Position numbers and translations under genes: made by a program. This document shows positions 30,025 through 40,566 of a stretch of 64,000 bases of DNA, piece after piece. The notes below the pieces were generated by a model. The model was not told the DNA's origin. It worked only from the letters and a program-made list of their open reading frames with translations, and did not search any database. Within the stretch, counting starts at the first letter, position 1, and each line of letters starts with the position of its first letter. Source of the DNA: an uncultured Chloroflexia bacterium (GTDB taxonomy: Bacteria > Chloroflexota > Anaerolineae > Caldilineales > Caldilineaceae); NCBI GenBank assembly GCA_963749845.1, contig CAVVOJ010000011.1:160036-224035 (forward strand), given 5' to 3'.

Positions 30025-31683
30025 ATGAAGGTTACCAGAAACTGGGGATCGCTGAGCGTGTTTGCAGTGCTGCTCGCGTTGGTCCTCGCCTTGTCTGCCT
30101 GTGCTGCACCCGCCGCCGTCCCTGGCGCCGCGCCGGCAGCCGATGATGCAGCAGCCGAACCCGCCGAAGGCGGTACGATTGTTGTGGGCATCCCGGCCGG
30201 CTTTGACCGGCTGGACCCGAATGTTACGACCTTTTCCCGTGTCGGCAACATCACTATGCACATGACGGACCCGTTGGTCTGGCAAGCTTCACCAGGCGTC
30301 TACGTGCCGGGCCTGGCGACTGAATGGGAAGTCAACGAAGACGCAACCGAATATCGCTTCAAGCTGCGTGAAGATGTCACGTTCCACGATGGCACGCCTT
30401 TTAACGCCGAAGCCGTCAAGTTTACGTTTGACCGCATTGTGGACCCGGAAACCCAGTCGCAGTCGGCCTTTAGCAACATCGGTCCTTACAAGGAGACCGA
30501 AGTCGTTAATGACTATGAAGTCATCGTCCGCTTCAACACCGGGTATGCACCCTTCCTCGACAACCTGTCCGGAACGACGCTCGTTCCGGTGTCGCCCACG
30601 GCGCAGCAGGCAGTGGGCAACGAAGACTGGGGCATTACCGACTTTGTTGGCACCGGTCCCTTCATGTTCGACTCGATGACGCTCAATCAGGAAATCGTGC
30701 TGGTGCGCAATCCGGATTACAACTGGGGGCCCGAATGGTTGGGCAAGACCGGTCCGGCGAATGTCGACCAGCTCATTTACAAGTTCATCGAAGAGCCGGC
30801 CACACGTACCGCTGCGCTGGAAACCGGCGAAATCAATTTTATGGATCAGACGCCTGAGATCGATTTCCCCAGCCTCACTGAGAATCCCGATATCACCACG
30901 ATCCAACTGGCCCAGCCCGGTTCCGGATGGGCGCTGATGTTCAATCATCAGAATTATCCCACCAGCGAGTTGCCTGTGCGCCGCGCCATGCAGTTGGCTA
31001 TGGATCGCCAAGGCATGATCGATACGGTCTACAACGGCTTTGGCACACCCGCCTGCGGCCCGCTGACTAGCGTCGTCTTCTGCTACGATGCCAGCATCTG
31101 CGAAATGTATCCGACCGATCTCGACCAGGCCAATGCGACCCTGGAAGAAGCGGGTTGGGTAGACAGTGACGGCGACGGCATCCGCGAAAAGGATGGCGAG
31201 CCGCTGACCATCGGCCACTACTACCGCGCCGATGCCGGCAACAGCAATGCCGAGGCCGCGTTCCTGAAGGACAACATGGCCAAAATCGGGATTGATGTCG
31301 AGCTCAACGGCCTCAGCCGTAGCGGCTACTTCGATGCTGTGCGTTCCGGCCAGCACAATACCCAAGGTTGGTGGGACACGGGCACCGATCCGGACATGGT
31401 CCGCACCTTCTTCCACAGCAGTAACGCCGGCGGCGGTACCAATCGCAACAACTACATCAATGAAGAAATGGACACCATGATCGACGCAGCAGCGGCCGAA
31501 GCCGACCCGGCAGCCCGCTGTGAACTCTATTCCGACATCCAGAAAAAGGTGAAGGATGAGGCCATCATGGAATTCTGGGCCGATCCGGTCATCCTGTACG
31601 CGCATGGCAATGACCTGAACGACGTCGTCTACTACCTTGGCGGCAATACGCCCTACTTCTACACGGCGACAGTTGCCGAGTAG
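30025..31683 (+). CDS. ABC transporter substrate-binding lipoprotein, family 5 (peptide/nickel type)
   Basis: ATG 30025 follows CAGGAG. Lipobox LALSAC. SBP_bac_5-like body (GGTIVVGIPAGFDRLDP...). Confidence 0.9.
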   Translation: MKVTRNWGSLSVFAVLLALVLALSACAAPAAVPGAAPAADDAAAEPAEGGTIVVGIPAGFDRLDPNVTTFSRVGNITMHMTDPLVWQASPGVYVPGLATEWEVNEDATEYRFKLREDVTFHDGTPFNAEAVKFTFDRIVDPETQSQSAFSNIGPYKETEVVNDYEVIVRFNTGYAPFLDNLSGTTLVPVSPTAQQAVGNEDWGITDFVGTGPFMFDSMTLNQEIVLVRNPDYNWGPEWLGKTGPANVDQLIYKFIEEPATRTAALETGEINFMDQTPEIDFPSLTENPDITTIQLAQPGSGWALMFNHQNYPTSELPVRRAMQLAMDRQGMIDTVYNGFGTPACGPLTSVVFCYDASICEMYPTDLDQANATLEEAGWVDSDGDGIREKDGEPLTIGHYYRADAGNSNAEAAFLKDNMAKIGIDVELNGLSRSGYFDAVRSGQHNTQGWWDTGTDPDMVRTFFHSSNAGGGTNRNNYINEEMDTMIDAAAAEADPAARCELYSDIQKKVKDEAIMEFWADPVILYAHGNDLNDVVYYLGGNTPYFYTATVAE

Positions 31684-31728
31684 CTTCAGCGAATAAAGTC
31701 CAAGTCGCAAGTCGTTTTTTGCCTGTAG

Positions 31729-31771
31729 CCTGTACCTGATCGAATGCATGGGGACCTCGATCAGGTACAGG
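31729..31771 (+). promoter_or_regulatory. Intercistronic stem-loop (perfect 15-bp stem, 13-nt loop) between SBP and permease genes
   Basis: CCTGTACCTGATCGA (31729-31743) pairs with TCGATCAGGTACAGG (31757-31771). No U-tract follows. Confidence 0.5.
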
Positions 31772-31840
31772 CGGTGAGGCTTGGATGATCATGCGCCGTA
31801 ACCAAAAATGGTCCGCTGAAGAGGACGAGGAAAATGAACC

Positions 31841-32770
31841 ATGTCGATTACCCGTTATGCGCTTAGTCGCCTGATTGCCACGATCCCCACGCTGATCGCC
31901 CTGACCATTTTGGTCTTCCTCATGCTCCAACTCGTGCCGGGGGATCCGGCAGAAATTTTCCTTGGTGAAAAACGAAGTACGCCTGAACTGCTGGAACAGG
32001 TGCGCCAGGATATGGGGCTGGACAAACCGCTCCACATGCAATATTTGACCTACATGAGCGGTGTTGTACGGGGAAACCTGGGCGATTCTCTCTTCAATAA
32101 ACAGCCGGTGCTGGAGCAGATTTTGGATGCGCTGCCCTATACGTTGACGCTGGCATTGAGCGCGCTGTTGATCAGTACTGTGCTCGGGCTGACGCTGGGC
32201 ATTGTTTCAGCGCTCAAGCACAATACCTGGATCGACAGTTTGGCCATGGGCTTTGCATTGATCGGTGTCTCCATGCCGGTCTTTTGGCTGGGCCTGCTCA
32301 TGATCCTGATCTTCTCGGTCAATCTGAAATGGTTTCCGCCCATGGGCCAGGGGAGCCTGGATCGCTTGATCCTGCCTGCCTTGACGCTCGGTCTACTGAG
32401 TTCGGCAACGCTGGCGCGTCTGGTGCGCAGTAGCATGCTCGACGCCCTCACCGACGACTACATCCGAACCGCACGCGCCAAGGGCCTGCGCGAGCGCGCT
32501 GTAGTCACGCGCCACGCCTTGCGCAACGCATTGATTCCGGCCGTCACGGTCATGGGACTTCAGTTTGGCGGGCTGATCAGCGGTGCGGTGATCACAGAGA
32601 CGATCTTCGCCCGCGTCGGTCTGGGCAAAATGTATGTCGAATCAATTCTAAACAAAGACATGACGATGATTCAGGGATTGACGCTCGTGCTGGCCTTGAT
32701 GATTATGCTCATCAATATTCTGGTTGATCTCTCCTACGCTGTCATCGACCCAAGGATTCGTTATGAGTGA
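31841..32770 (+). CDS. ABC transporter permease (DppB/OppB-like)
   Basis: BPD_transp_1 type. The N-terminus ITRYALSRLIATIPTLIALTILVF and the conserved loop YIRTARAKGL are both typical. Confidence 0.9.
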   Translation: MSITRYALSRLIATIPTLIALTILVFLMLQLVPGDPAEIFLGEKRSTPELLEQVRQDMGLDKPLHMQYLTYMSGVVRGNLGDSLFNKQPVLEQILDALPYTLTLALSALLISTVLGLTLGIVSALKHNTWIDSLAMGFALIGVSMPVFWLGLLMILIFSVNLKWFPPMGQGSLDRLILPALTLGLLSSATLARLVRSSMLDALTDDYIRTARAKGLRERAVVTRHALRNALIPAVTVMGLQFGGLISGAVITETIFARVGLGKMYVESILNKDMTMIQGLTLVLALMIMLINILVDLSYAVIDPRIRYE

Positions 32771-33674
32771 GCAGACACCGCCCCCAAACGGCCGATCAGA
32801 CGATTCACTCATTCTGAACGACGGCCGGCGCCATCGCTCGCTCTGGGGCGATGCCATGCGACGGCTCCGCCAGAATCCGGGCTCCATGATCGGGTTGGCA
32901 TTGCTCATCATCATTGCCACCATGGCCATTCTCGCGCCCTGGGTGACGCGCTACGATCCAGTTGAAATTGTCGCCAGCGAGCGGCTCAAGCCGCCCAGCG
33001 TCCAATATTGGATGGGGACCGATGCCTTCGGGCGAGACATCTATACCCGAATCGTCTACGGCGGTCGAATCTCGCTCCAGGTTGGCATCATCTCCGTGTC
33101 AATTGCTGCAACCATGGGCGTGACCGGCGGCCTGTTGGCGGGCTATTTTGGCGGCTGGACAGACTCATTCATTATGCGCTTTGCCGATATCACCCTGGCC
33201 TTCCCCGGCATTCTGCTGGCGCTGGTCGTCATTGCCATCCTGGGACCGAGCCTCTTTAACGCCATGATTGCCGTTGGGATCGCTGCTGCGCCCACCTATG
33301 CACGAGTGACACGCGGGTTGGTATTAAAAACCAAGGCGACAACCTATGTCGAAGCGGCCGTCGCCGTTGGCAGCCCTCCTTCGCGTGTCATCATGCGCCA
33401 TATTTTGCCCAATATTCTGGGTTCGCTCATCGTTGTGGCCACGCTGGGCGTAGCGGGCGCAATCATCGCCGGCGCGGCCCTGAGCTTCCTGGGGCTTGGC
33501 GCACGGCCCCCAACACCTGAGTGGGGCCTGATCCTCAGTGAAGGGCGCAGCTATTTGCGCCATGCATCGTGGATCACGACCTTTCCGGGTCTGGCGATCA
33601 TGTTGACGGTTTTGTCCATCAACCTGTTGGGAGATGGTCTGCGCGACGCGCTCGAACCACGCATGACCCGCTAA
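32763..33674 (+). CDS. ABC transporter permease (DppC/OppC-like)
   Basis: The start at 32763 overlaps the upstream stop. OppC-type N-terminus and a YVEAAVAVG loop. Confidence 0.9.
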   Translation: MSEQTPPPNGRSDDSLILNDGRRHRSLWGDAMRRLRQNPGSMIGLALLIIIATMAILAPWVTRYDPVEIVASERLKPPSVQYWMGTDAFGRDIYTRIVYGGRISLQVGIISVSIAATMGVTGGLLAGYFGGWTDSFIMRFADITLAFPGILLALVVIAILGPSLFNAMIAVGIAAAPTYARVTRGLVLKTKATTYVEAAVAVGSPPSRVIMRHILPNILGSLIVVATLGVAGAIIAGAALSFLGLGARPPTPEWGLILSEGRSYLRHASWITTFPGLAIMLTVLSINLLGDGLRDALEPRMTR

Positions 33675-33726
33675 ATCCACGCCAACCGATCGGACGTTGG
33701 CCTACAATTTGAGCAAGGAGAGAAAA

Positions 33727-34890
33727 ATGAGTGATCGACTGCGTGTCGGCGTGATTGGAGCAGGCCGCTGGTCCGCCTCTGCCCATTTGCCGGGCTATAC
33801 TCGTTCCCCCCTCTGTGACATCGTCATGTTGTGTGACCTCGATCGGGAGTTGGGTGAGGCCAGGGCGCAAGAGTTCGACATCCCGGAATTCGTCACGGAC
33901 TATGAGAAGATGCTGGCGCGCGACGACATCGACGTTATCGACGTCGTCACGCGCGCCGACCACCAGGAGATGGTCTTCGCCGTACTGGAAGCGGGCAAGC
34001 ACTGCCTCGTGGAGAAGCCGGTCTGTCACGATTATCGCGACGTCTGGCGCGCCCATGAGTTGGCCGAGTCCAAGGGACTCAAGACCAAGGTGGGGCTGAC
34101 CTTTCGCTACGCGCCCGCGGTTCAGTACATGTTTGAGCTTGTGCAAGAAGGCTACATCGGCACGCCCTATGTCTTCAACGGCTACGAGCAAAACAGCCAG
34201 TGGCTCGATCCAGATAATCCGATGGACAAGCGGATTCACAAGGTCAAGCCAGAAGGCGAAGAACCATGGGGCACCGACCTGAGCCGGGAAGGCATCCATG
34301 TCTCGTCGTTGGAGGGCTATGGCGCCCCGACCATCGATATCGGTTTGGAGTTGGTCAACAGCGATCTCACCCAGGTGGTGGGCATCCTGGCCAACATGGT
34401 TCCCTATCGACGGCGGACCAATCTGGATACGGAACGCGAGCGCATCAACATTGACGATGCCGACATGTTTATCGGCGAATGCGCCAACGGCGCGCTTTAC
34501 TCCATGCAGAGCAGCTACGTGACGGTCGGGAATTACCCCGGTATCGAAGCGCGCATCTACGGGTCTGAAGGCGCCCTGATCGTGCGGCTGGTCGAGGAGT
34601 TTGGCGTGATTCAAACCCTCCACGGAGCCAAACCTGACGCGGTCGAGTTTGTGCCGCTGGAGATCCCCGAACGCTTCTTCCCGCCCGGCTTTCAGCCGGA
34701 CGATCTTTGGAGTACGGCCTTTTACGGCAATCTCATTCAGAATTTCATGGAGGAGATCCAGGCGGGCGGCACGACGAACCAGGGCAACTTTGCCCAGAGC
34801 GCCCGCGTGCAGGAGATCATCAATGCCGTGGCCCAGTCCCACCGGGAACGGCGTTGGATCGATCTCCCGCTGGCTGAAATCGAGGGGTAA
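33727..34890 (+). CDS. Gfo/Idh/MocA family oxidoreductase
   Basis: ATG 33727 follows AAGGAG. MSDRLRVGVIGAGRWS Rossmann start and EKPV motif. Confidence 0.85.
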   Translation: MSDRLRVGVIGAGRWSASAHLPGYTRSPLCDIVMLCDLDRELGEARAQEFDIPEFVTDYEKMLARDDIDVIDVVTRADHQEMVFAVLEAGKHCLVEKPVCHDYRDVWRAHELAESKGLKTKVGLTFRYAPAVQYMFELVQEGYIGTPYVFNGYEQNSQWLDPDNPMDKRIHKVKPEGEEPWGTDLSREGIHVSSLEGYGAPTIDIGLELVNSDLTQVVGILANMVPYRRRTNLDTERERINIDDADMFIGECANGALYSMQSSYVTVGNYPGIEARIYGSEGALIVRLVEEFGVIQTLHGAKPDAVEFVPLEIPERFFPPGFQPDDLWSTAFYGNLIQNFMEEIQAGGTTNQGNFAQSARVQEIINAVAQSHRERRWIDLPLAEIEG

Positions 34891-34917
34891 TTGTCAGGCA
34901 GACCCTAAGCACGCGTA

Positions 34918-34952
34918 AGCGGCGGCCCGTACATCGGCCGCCGCTCTTGTTT
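34918..34952. terminator. Hairpin between convergent genes (10-bp GC stem AGCGGCGGCC/GGCCGCCGCT, then CTTGTTT)
   Basis: Read directly. It lies 28 bp after the stop at 34890 and 26 bp before the convergent stop at 34978. Confidence 0.5.
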
Positions 34953-34977
34953 GCGCATCGTGTGAGCCTTGGGCGCG

Positions 34978-36771
34978 CTACGCTAACGTGAAGGTTAGCT
35001 CAAACGCAACCTGCCGATGATCGGGTAAGCCCATGCCGTCGACGCGATCACCCGGTGCATCAGCAGCGGTGGCGAAGATGATGCCATCACGCTTGGCAGG
35101 ATCCATGCCGATGAACATGGGATAATTGCCCCTCCCCAACGCATCGGTTGTTGCATAGCCCGGCGTTTCATCGTCGCGTCGCCCCACCCAATCTACGACA
35201 AAGCGAACACCCGGAGCTGGAGAACCGTCGGCCTGTATGGCATTGATGTAGACGTGATGCTTGCCACCGGCTTCGTCGACATCCAGAAAGCGCGCGTCGG
35301 TCAGTCGCCACACGGGGCCGGCAGCGTCGCTGCGGGTCAACCGCACGCCGAGTTCATCCAGGCGTGGGTCCCATTCCAGCGCGGCAGGTGCGGTCACGAC
35401 TGGCGGCGTCGCCGGCTCCGGCTCTACCGGCTCAATGGGTTCTGGCGCAGGCGTAACGGGTGTTACTGGTTCGGGAAGCGGTTCCAGGGGCTGTGGCGCT
35501 GAACCATCCGTATCATCCCATGAGAAGCGGCGCACAAAGTTGGGGATGGCGCGCACGGCTTCGATCGTCTCAGTCTTGTCGCCCAGCGGACCGCCCCACC
35601 AGTCCTCGGCCGTGTTCCAGCCGCCTACCAACCACGGCGTCATGCTGAAGTAGTAGTCGGGCAGCGCCTCGCCGCTGGAGAGGACACCGGTGCGGAACCA
35701 TTCGAAGATCTCCCGGTGATAGAGGGCATGGAGCGGCTGCAGCACGCGCGGATAGCGGCGATCGTCGTCCACGCCAAATTGCCAGCCGCCCTCACCGCCG
35801 ACAATCGGGATCACCATCCCCAGCCGCTCATGCATCCACACGGCAAAGGCGGAGCCCATCATCACCGAGACTGGGTCCTCAACGATGGTGATCCCGGGAT
35901 GGGTCTGCTGCGAGAGTTCATCGTAGGGATAGTTGGGCGGATGGTTGACGCCGTAGTTGTGCACGACGAAGACCGCCCGCTCCCAGATATCGCGCCGGTT
36001 GATGGCATCGACTGCATCGATGGCCACGTCAAGTTCGCTCTTGCCCATGACCTGTAGGCCTGGATAGCCGCCAGCATCGGCCACGGCCGCGGCGTGGCGG
36101 GCCCAGCGTTCGGCAAAGACCTCACGATAGTTGTCCGGCCGACTGTCGTCCCATTCGCGATGATCGGCCGGTTCGTTGTAGATCTGAACATAGGCCGGCG
36201 CACCGGCGTCGTGCAATGGCTTTCACATAAGGCACTGGGTCAAAAAATCTGTCGATCTGCTTGCCGATGCGGACCACAGGCATGATGCCTGCATCCCAGC
36301 AGGCCTTGGCCGCACGCTGGGTCTGCAACTCATCCTGCGCGTAGATGAGGGTCCAAGTGGCGTTGATATACTGCAGACGCTCTATCGTTTGGCGATGCTC
36401 TCGTCGCGCAGATCCAGGGCAAAATGCAGACCGCGCCCGTTGTCTTGCGGAGGGCGCGGATAGCGTTTGAGCAGGTGCAATATTCTCCGGCGTAAAGCGT
36501 GAGCAGGGGCGGCCGGGTGACGGTGTCAGGGGCCGGCACCTCACCTTCCACCGCAATGGTGATGCGCAGTTCCTGAGCCGGCTTCGCCCTCGCGCGTCAC
36601 GTGGAGCAAGTAGGTCGTGGTCACAATCGGCGTGACGACCTCTTCCCCCTGCTTGGCAACCCCGCGCCAGTTGAGATAGACGTCGTCAGCGCCCTGGGTG
36701 GTCCAACGCAATGTGGTCGATTCGCCAAAGCGGATGGCGAGGGCGTCTGCAGTGAAAGTATGACTTGCCAT
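34978..36771 (-). pseudogene. Degraded glycoside-hydrolase-like gene (Ig-like N-domain, clan GH-A-like TIM barrel with NEP motif, Pro-rich linker, C-terminal beta domain); about 4 frame breaks
   Basis: The best protein path is MASHTFTADALAIRFGESTTLRW...HVTREGEA | AQELRITIAVEGEVPAPDTVTRPPLLTLYAG | ILHLLKRYPRPPQDNGRGLHFALDLRDESIAKR | IERLQYINATWTLIYAQDE...PVPYVKAI | HDAGAPAYVQIYNEPADH... through to the stop at 34978. Frame switches are at about 36572-36588, 36478-36492, 36381-36394 and 36210-36220. Confidence 0.6.
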
Positions 36772-36912
36772 GGCTGATTTCCCCCTGATTGGCTGATTTT
36801 CATGCCATTTTACCCTGAATCCGAAGATTATGTAAAATTTAACATCAAAATTTGCCCCTTGACTCTACCACGGTGTCAGGGTATAGAGTGAGGCGGAACG
36901 AATCGTGCAAGT

Positions 36913-37896
36913 GTGCTTCACATAGAAAAAAGGGGTCAATCTGTGGCGACGATCAAACGACCGGTCATTTTGGGGACGGGACAGTTGGGGCTGGCAATCA
37001 TGGACGAGTTGGCGGCGCGTGGGCTGCCGGTGACGCTGGTGAACCGTAGCGGCACTGTTGCGGAAACGCTGCCGAATGGTGTTGCGGTGACGGCCACGGA
37101 TCTCTATGATCCGGAAAATGTACGAGCCGCGTGCGCTGGCGCTGACGTTGTTTTTCTTTGCGCACAGCCTGCCTATACGGAGTGGCCGGAGAAATTTCCG
37201 CCGCTGATCGATTCCGTGTTGGCGGGGCTGTATGAGAGCGGCACGACCCTTATCTTTGGCGACAACCTCTACATGTATGGGCCCACGGGCGGCGCACCGA
37301 TCAGCGAAGATTTGCCCTACGCCGCCACAGGCCACAAAGGCAAGACTCGGGCGCTCATCGCCGAGCAGCTGCTGAATGCCCATACGCCTGGCAAACTTAA
37401 TGTGGTCATCGGGCGGGCGTCGGATTTCTTCGGCCCACGGGTCACCGATTCGGCCGTGGGAGACCTGCTCTTCGCAGCTGCCATGGAGGGCAAGACGGTC
37501 AATCTTCTCGGCGACATCGACCTGCCCCACACCTATACGTACATTCGTGACTTCGCCAGGGCGCTCATCACCTTGGCTGAAGCACCCGAGGCGTACGGTC
37601 AGGCATGGCACGTGCCCAATGCGCCGACGCAATCGACTCGGGACTTCGTCGAGCAAGTTGAGACGCAAATCGGCAGGCCGGTCAAGATCCGTACGGCTGG
37701 CAAGAGTACGCTAACGATGCTCGGCTGGTTCAATCCGATGTTGCGTGAGATGAAGGAGATGTACTACGAGTTTAGTGAGCCCTACATTGTCGATGACAGC
37801 AAGTATCGAGCTGCCTTTGGCGATGGCGCTACGGCGCACGAGGAGGCCATCCAGGCGACGGTAGCATGGTATCGAAGTCTCGCCAACAGCGGCTAG
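36913..37896 (+). CDS. NAD-dependent epimerase/dehydratase family (extended/atypical SDR) protein
   Basis: ILGTGQLGLAIMDEL Rossmann motif. About 320 aa, NmrA/epimerase-like. The start may be an internal GTG (VATIKRPV...). Confidence 0.8.
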   Translation: MLHIEKRGQSVATIKRPVILGTGQLGLAIMDELAARGLPVTLVNRSGTVAETLPNGVAVTATDLYDPENVRAACAGADVVFLCAQPAYTEWPEKFPPLIDSVLAGLYESGTTLIFGDNLYMYGPTGGAPISEDLPYAATGHKGKTRALIAEQLLNAHTPGKLNVVIGRASDFFGPRVTDSAVGDLLFAAAMEGKTVNLLGDIDLPHTYTYIRDFARALITLAEAPEAYGQAWHVPNAPTQSTRDFVEQVETQIGRPVKIRTAGKSTLTMLGWFNPMLREMKEMYYEFSEPYIVDDSKYRAAFGDGATAHEEAIQATVAWYRSLANSG

Positions 37897-37966
37897 GACA
37901 GGCTGGCGCAAGCGGCTAGATCGATCGCAGAACAAGGAAATGGAAGGTATAAAATTGGGTTGTCAC

Positions 37967-38806
37967 TCAGGTCAACGGAATCCCAGCGGTGGCAGCCACA
38001 GCGCGGATGTGCCGGGCGCCCTGGTCGTAGTCAGTTTCGTGTTGCAGGTGCTCCAATATGAGCGGCACATCGCGGTCCAGCGCGTGTAGCTTGCGCAGAA
38101 AGTATGCATAGTCGAAGCCACCCTGACCGGGAATTGCTTCAATCAGCTGCGTCGTCAGCTCCGTGCGGAGCACGATATCCTTGGCGTGACAGCTCTTGAT
38201 GTATGGCCCCAGTAGACTGAAGCATTCGTCGAACAACGCAACCTGTTGAAAGTAGCGACGCGGACTGTTGATCAGATTGACCGGATCGAGATGGACGCCG
38301 AATGCCGGTCGGTCGATGGCCTGAAGCAGTTGCAGATAGCTCTCCGCCGAGTCAGGCAGCATCCACGGCATGGTCTCCAGCGTGTAGAAAGTGCGCTGCG
38401 GTTGCACGTCATCAATGATGGCGCGTACGGTCTCGACAATCAGGTCAAAAGTATCCGGCGCATAGTCAGCCGCGGCCGGCCCATCCCACTTCTCGCCACG
38501 CGAACCGGCGATATTGACGCAGCAGCAGGCGCCGATGCGTTCGGCCAGGTCGAGACGGCGACGGCAGTAGTCGATGGCCTGATTGCGCAGGGCCGGGTCG
38601 GGGCTGAGCGGATTGCTCCAGGCGCCGACTTCAGCAATTACGACGTCGGCGTCAGCCGCAGCAGTTGCGTAGGCCTGTACGGTCGCATCGTCTGCTCTTT
38701 CGTCTACCGGGCACAAGGCCGCGCGATAGCCCGCATGCAGCACTGCCTGCGCCCACTCGGCAGGCGTTTGCTCTGTTGGTGGTAGGGCCGCGCCCAATCG
38801 AATCAT
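37967..38806 (-). CDS. Sugar phosphate isomerase/epimerase (xylose isomerase-like TIM barrel)
   Basis: ATG 38806 (MIRLGAAL...). AP_endonuc_2-type blocks (NIAGSRG, LETMPW, HLDPVN, HAKD, ILEH). Confidence 0.8.
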   Translation of the reverse strand: MIRLGAALPPTEQTPAEWAQAVLHAGYRAALCPVDERADDATVQAYATAAADADVVIAEVGAWSNPLSPDPALRNQAIDYCRRRLDLAERIGACCCVNIAGSRGEKWDGPAAADYAPDTFDLIVETVRAIIDDVQPQRTFYTLETMPWMLPDSAESYLQLLQAIDRPAFGVHLDPVNLINSPRRYFQQVALFDECFSLLGPYIKSCHAKDIVLRTELTTQLIEAIPGQGGFDYAYFLRKLHALDRDVPLILEHLQHETDYDQGARHIRAVAATAGIPLT

Positions 38807-38808
38807 AA

Positions 38809-39672
<864 letters not shown>

Positions 39673-39880
39673 GTGGCAAACCTCCAGGACAACATATCAG
39701 CACAGACGTTCAGTGTGGGAGGTGCTGTCAAAGTCTTGGAAGGCACCCAAACAGGGCTCAGAACGAAGATAGCGCCATTATAACACAAGAAACGGCACAA
39801 ATTGAAAGCAACAATGAAACGCAGATTGACAAATTTTCTATCGATCTGCGTTCGATTCACGCTTGTCTCGGTTGAGGGTC

Positions 39881-40462
39881 CTAGGCTGGCAATCGTTCGG
39901 GCTGAAGGCGACGGGTCCAAGCTTCCAGGGCAACGAGGACGCCTTGCAGACGCAGTCGCGTCTCCTCGTCTTGCAGGCGCAACTCGTCGTCAAAATGGGT
40001 CCCCGCAGAAGAGAGCATGAACTGGGGGCGCTGCAAGACGTAGACCTGGTTGTGGAGCAGAATGTCGTGTAAATGCCCCTGGGCACGTACGCCGCCAAAG
40101 CGGCCGGCCGCGCTGAGAATGGCTGCGGTCTTCTGGTTGAGGGGCGCAGGATCACCATTGGCTTGAGGCCGCGATGCCCAATCCAAGCCGTTCTTGAGCA
40201 CACCGGGAATGGAGAAGTTATATTCGGGCGTTGCAATCAGCAATGCATCTGCTGCCAGCATGCGGCGATGAAAATCCTGAACGGCTTCGGGCATGCCCGC
40301 CCGTTCCACGTCGGAGTTGAACATGGGCAGTGGCGCCAAGTCGTAAATATCTAGCGTCATGCTATCGGGTAACACCTCGGCCGCGGCGTGTAGCAGCGCC
40401 CGATTATACGAGCGCTGGCGCAGGCTGCCGGCCATGGCGAATACGTGCATTGGGTTATTCAT
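39881..40462 (-). CDS. NADPH-dependent FMN reductase family protein
   Basis: ATG 40462 follows GAGGAAAG. MNNPMHVFAMAGSLRQRSYNRALL and TPEYNFSIPGVLKNGLDW are typical blocks. Confidence 0.85.
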   Translation of the reverse strand: MNNPMHVFAMAGSLRQRSYNRALLHAAAEVLPDSMTLDIYDLAPLPMFNSDVERAGMPEAVQDFHRRMLAADALLIATPEYNFSIPGVLKNGLDWASRPQANGDPAPLNQKTAAILSAAGRFGGVRAQGHLHDILLHNQVYVLQRPQFMLSSAGTHFDDELRLQDEETRLRLQGVLVALEAWTRRLQPERLPA

Positions 40463-40566
40463 TTCTGTTGCTTTCCTCACCGTAAAAATCATTCAAATTC
40501 AAACTATTCAAGCAGTATGACCGGATTCGGTGAGAATGATCTGTGAGGTAGCTTCCGTGGTGGGGG

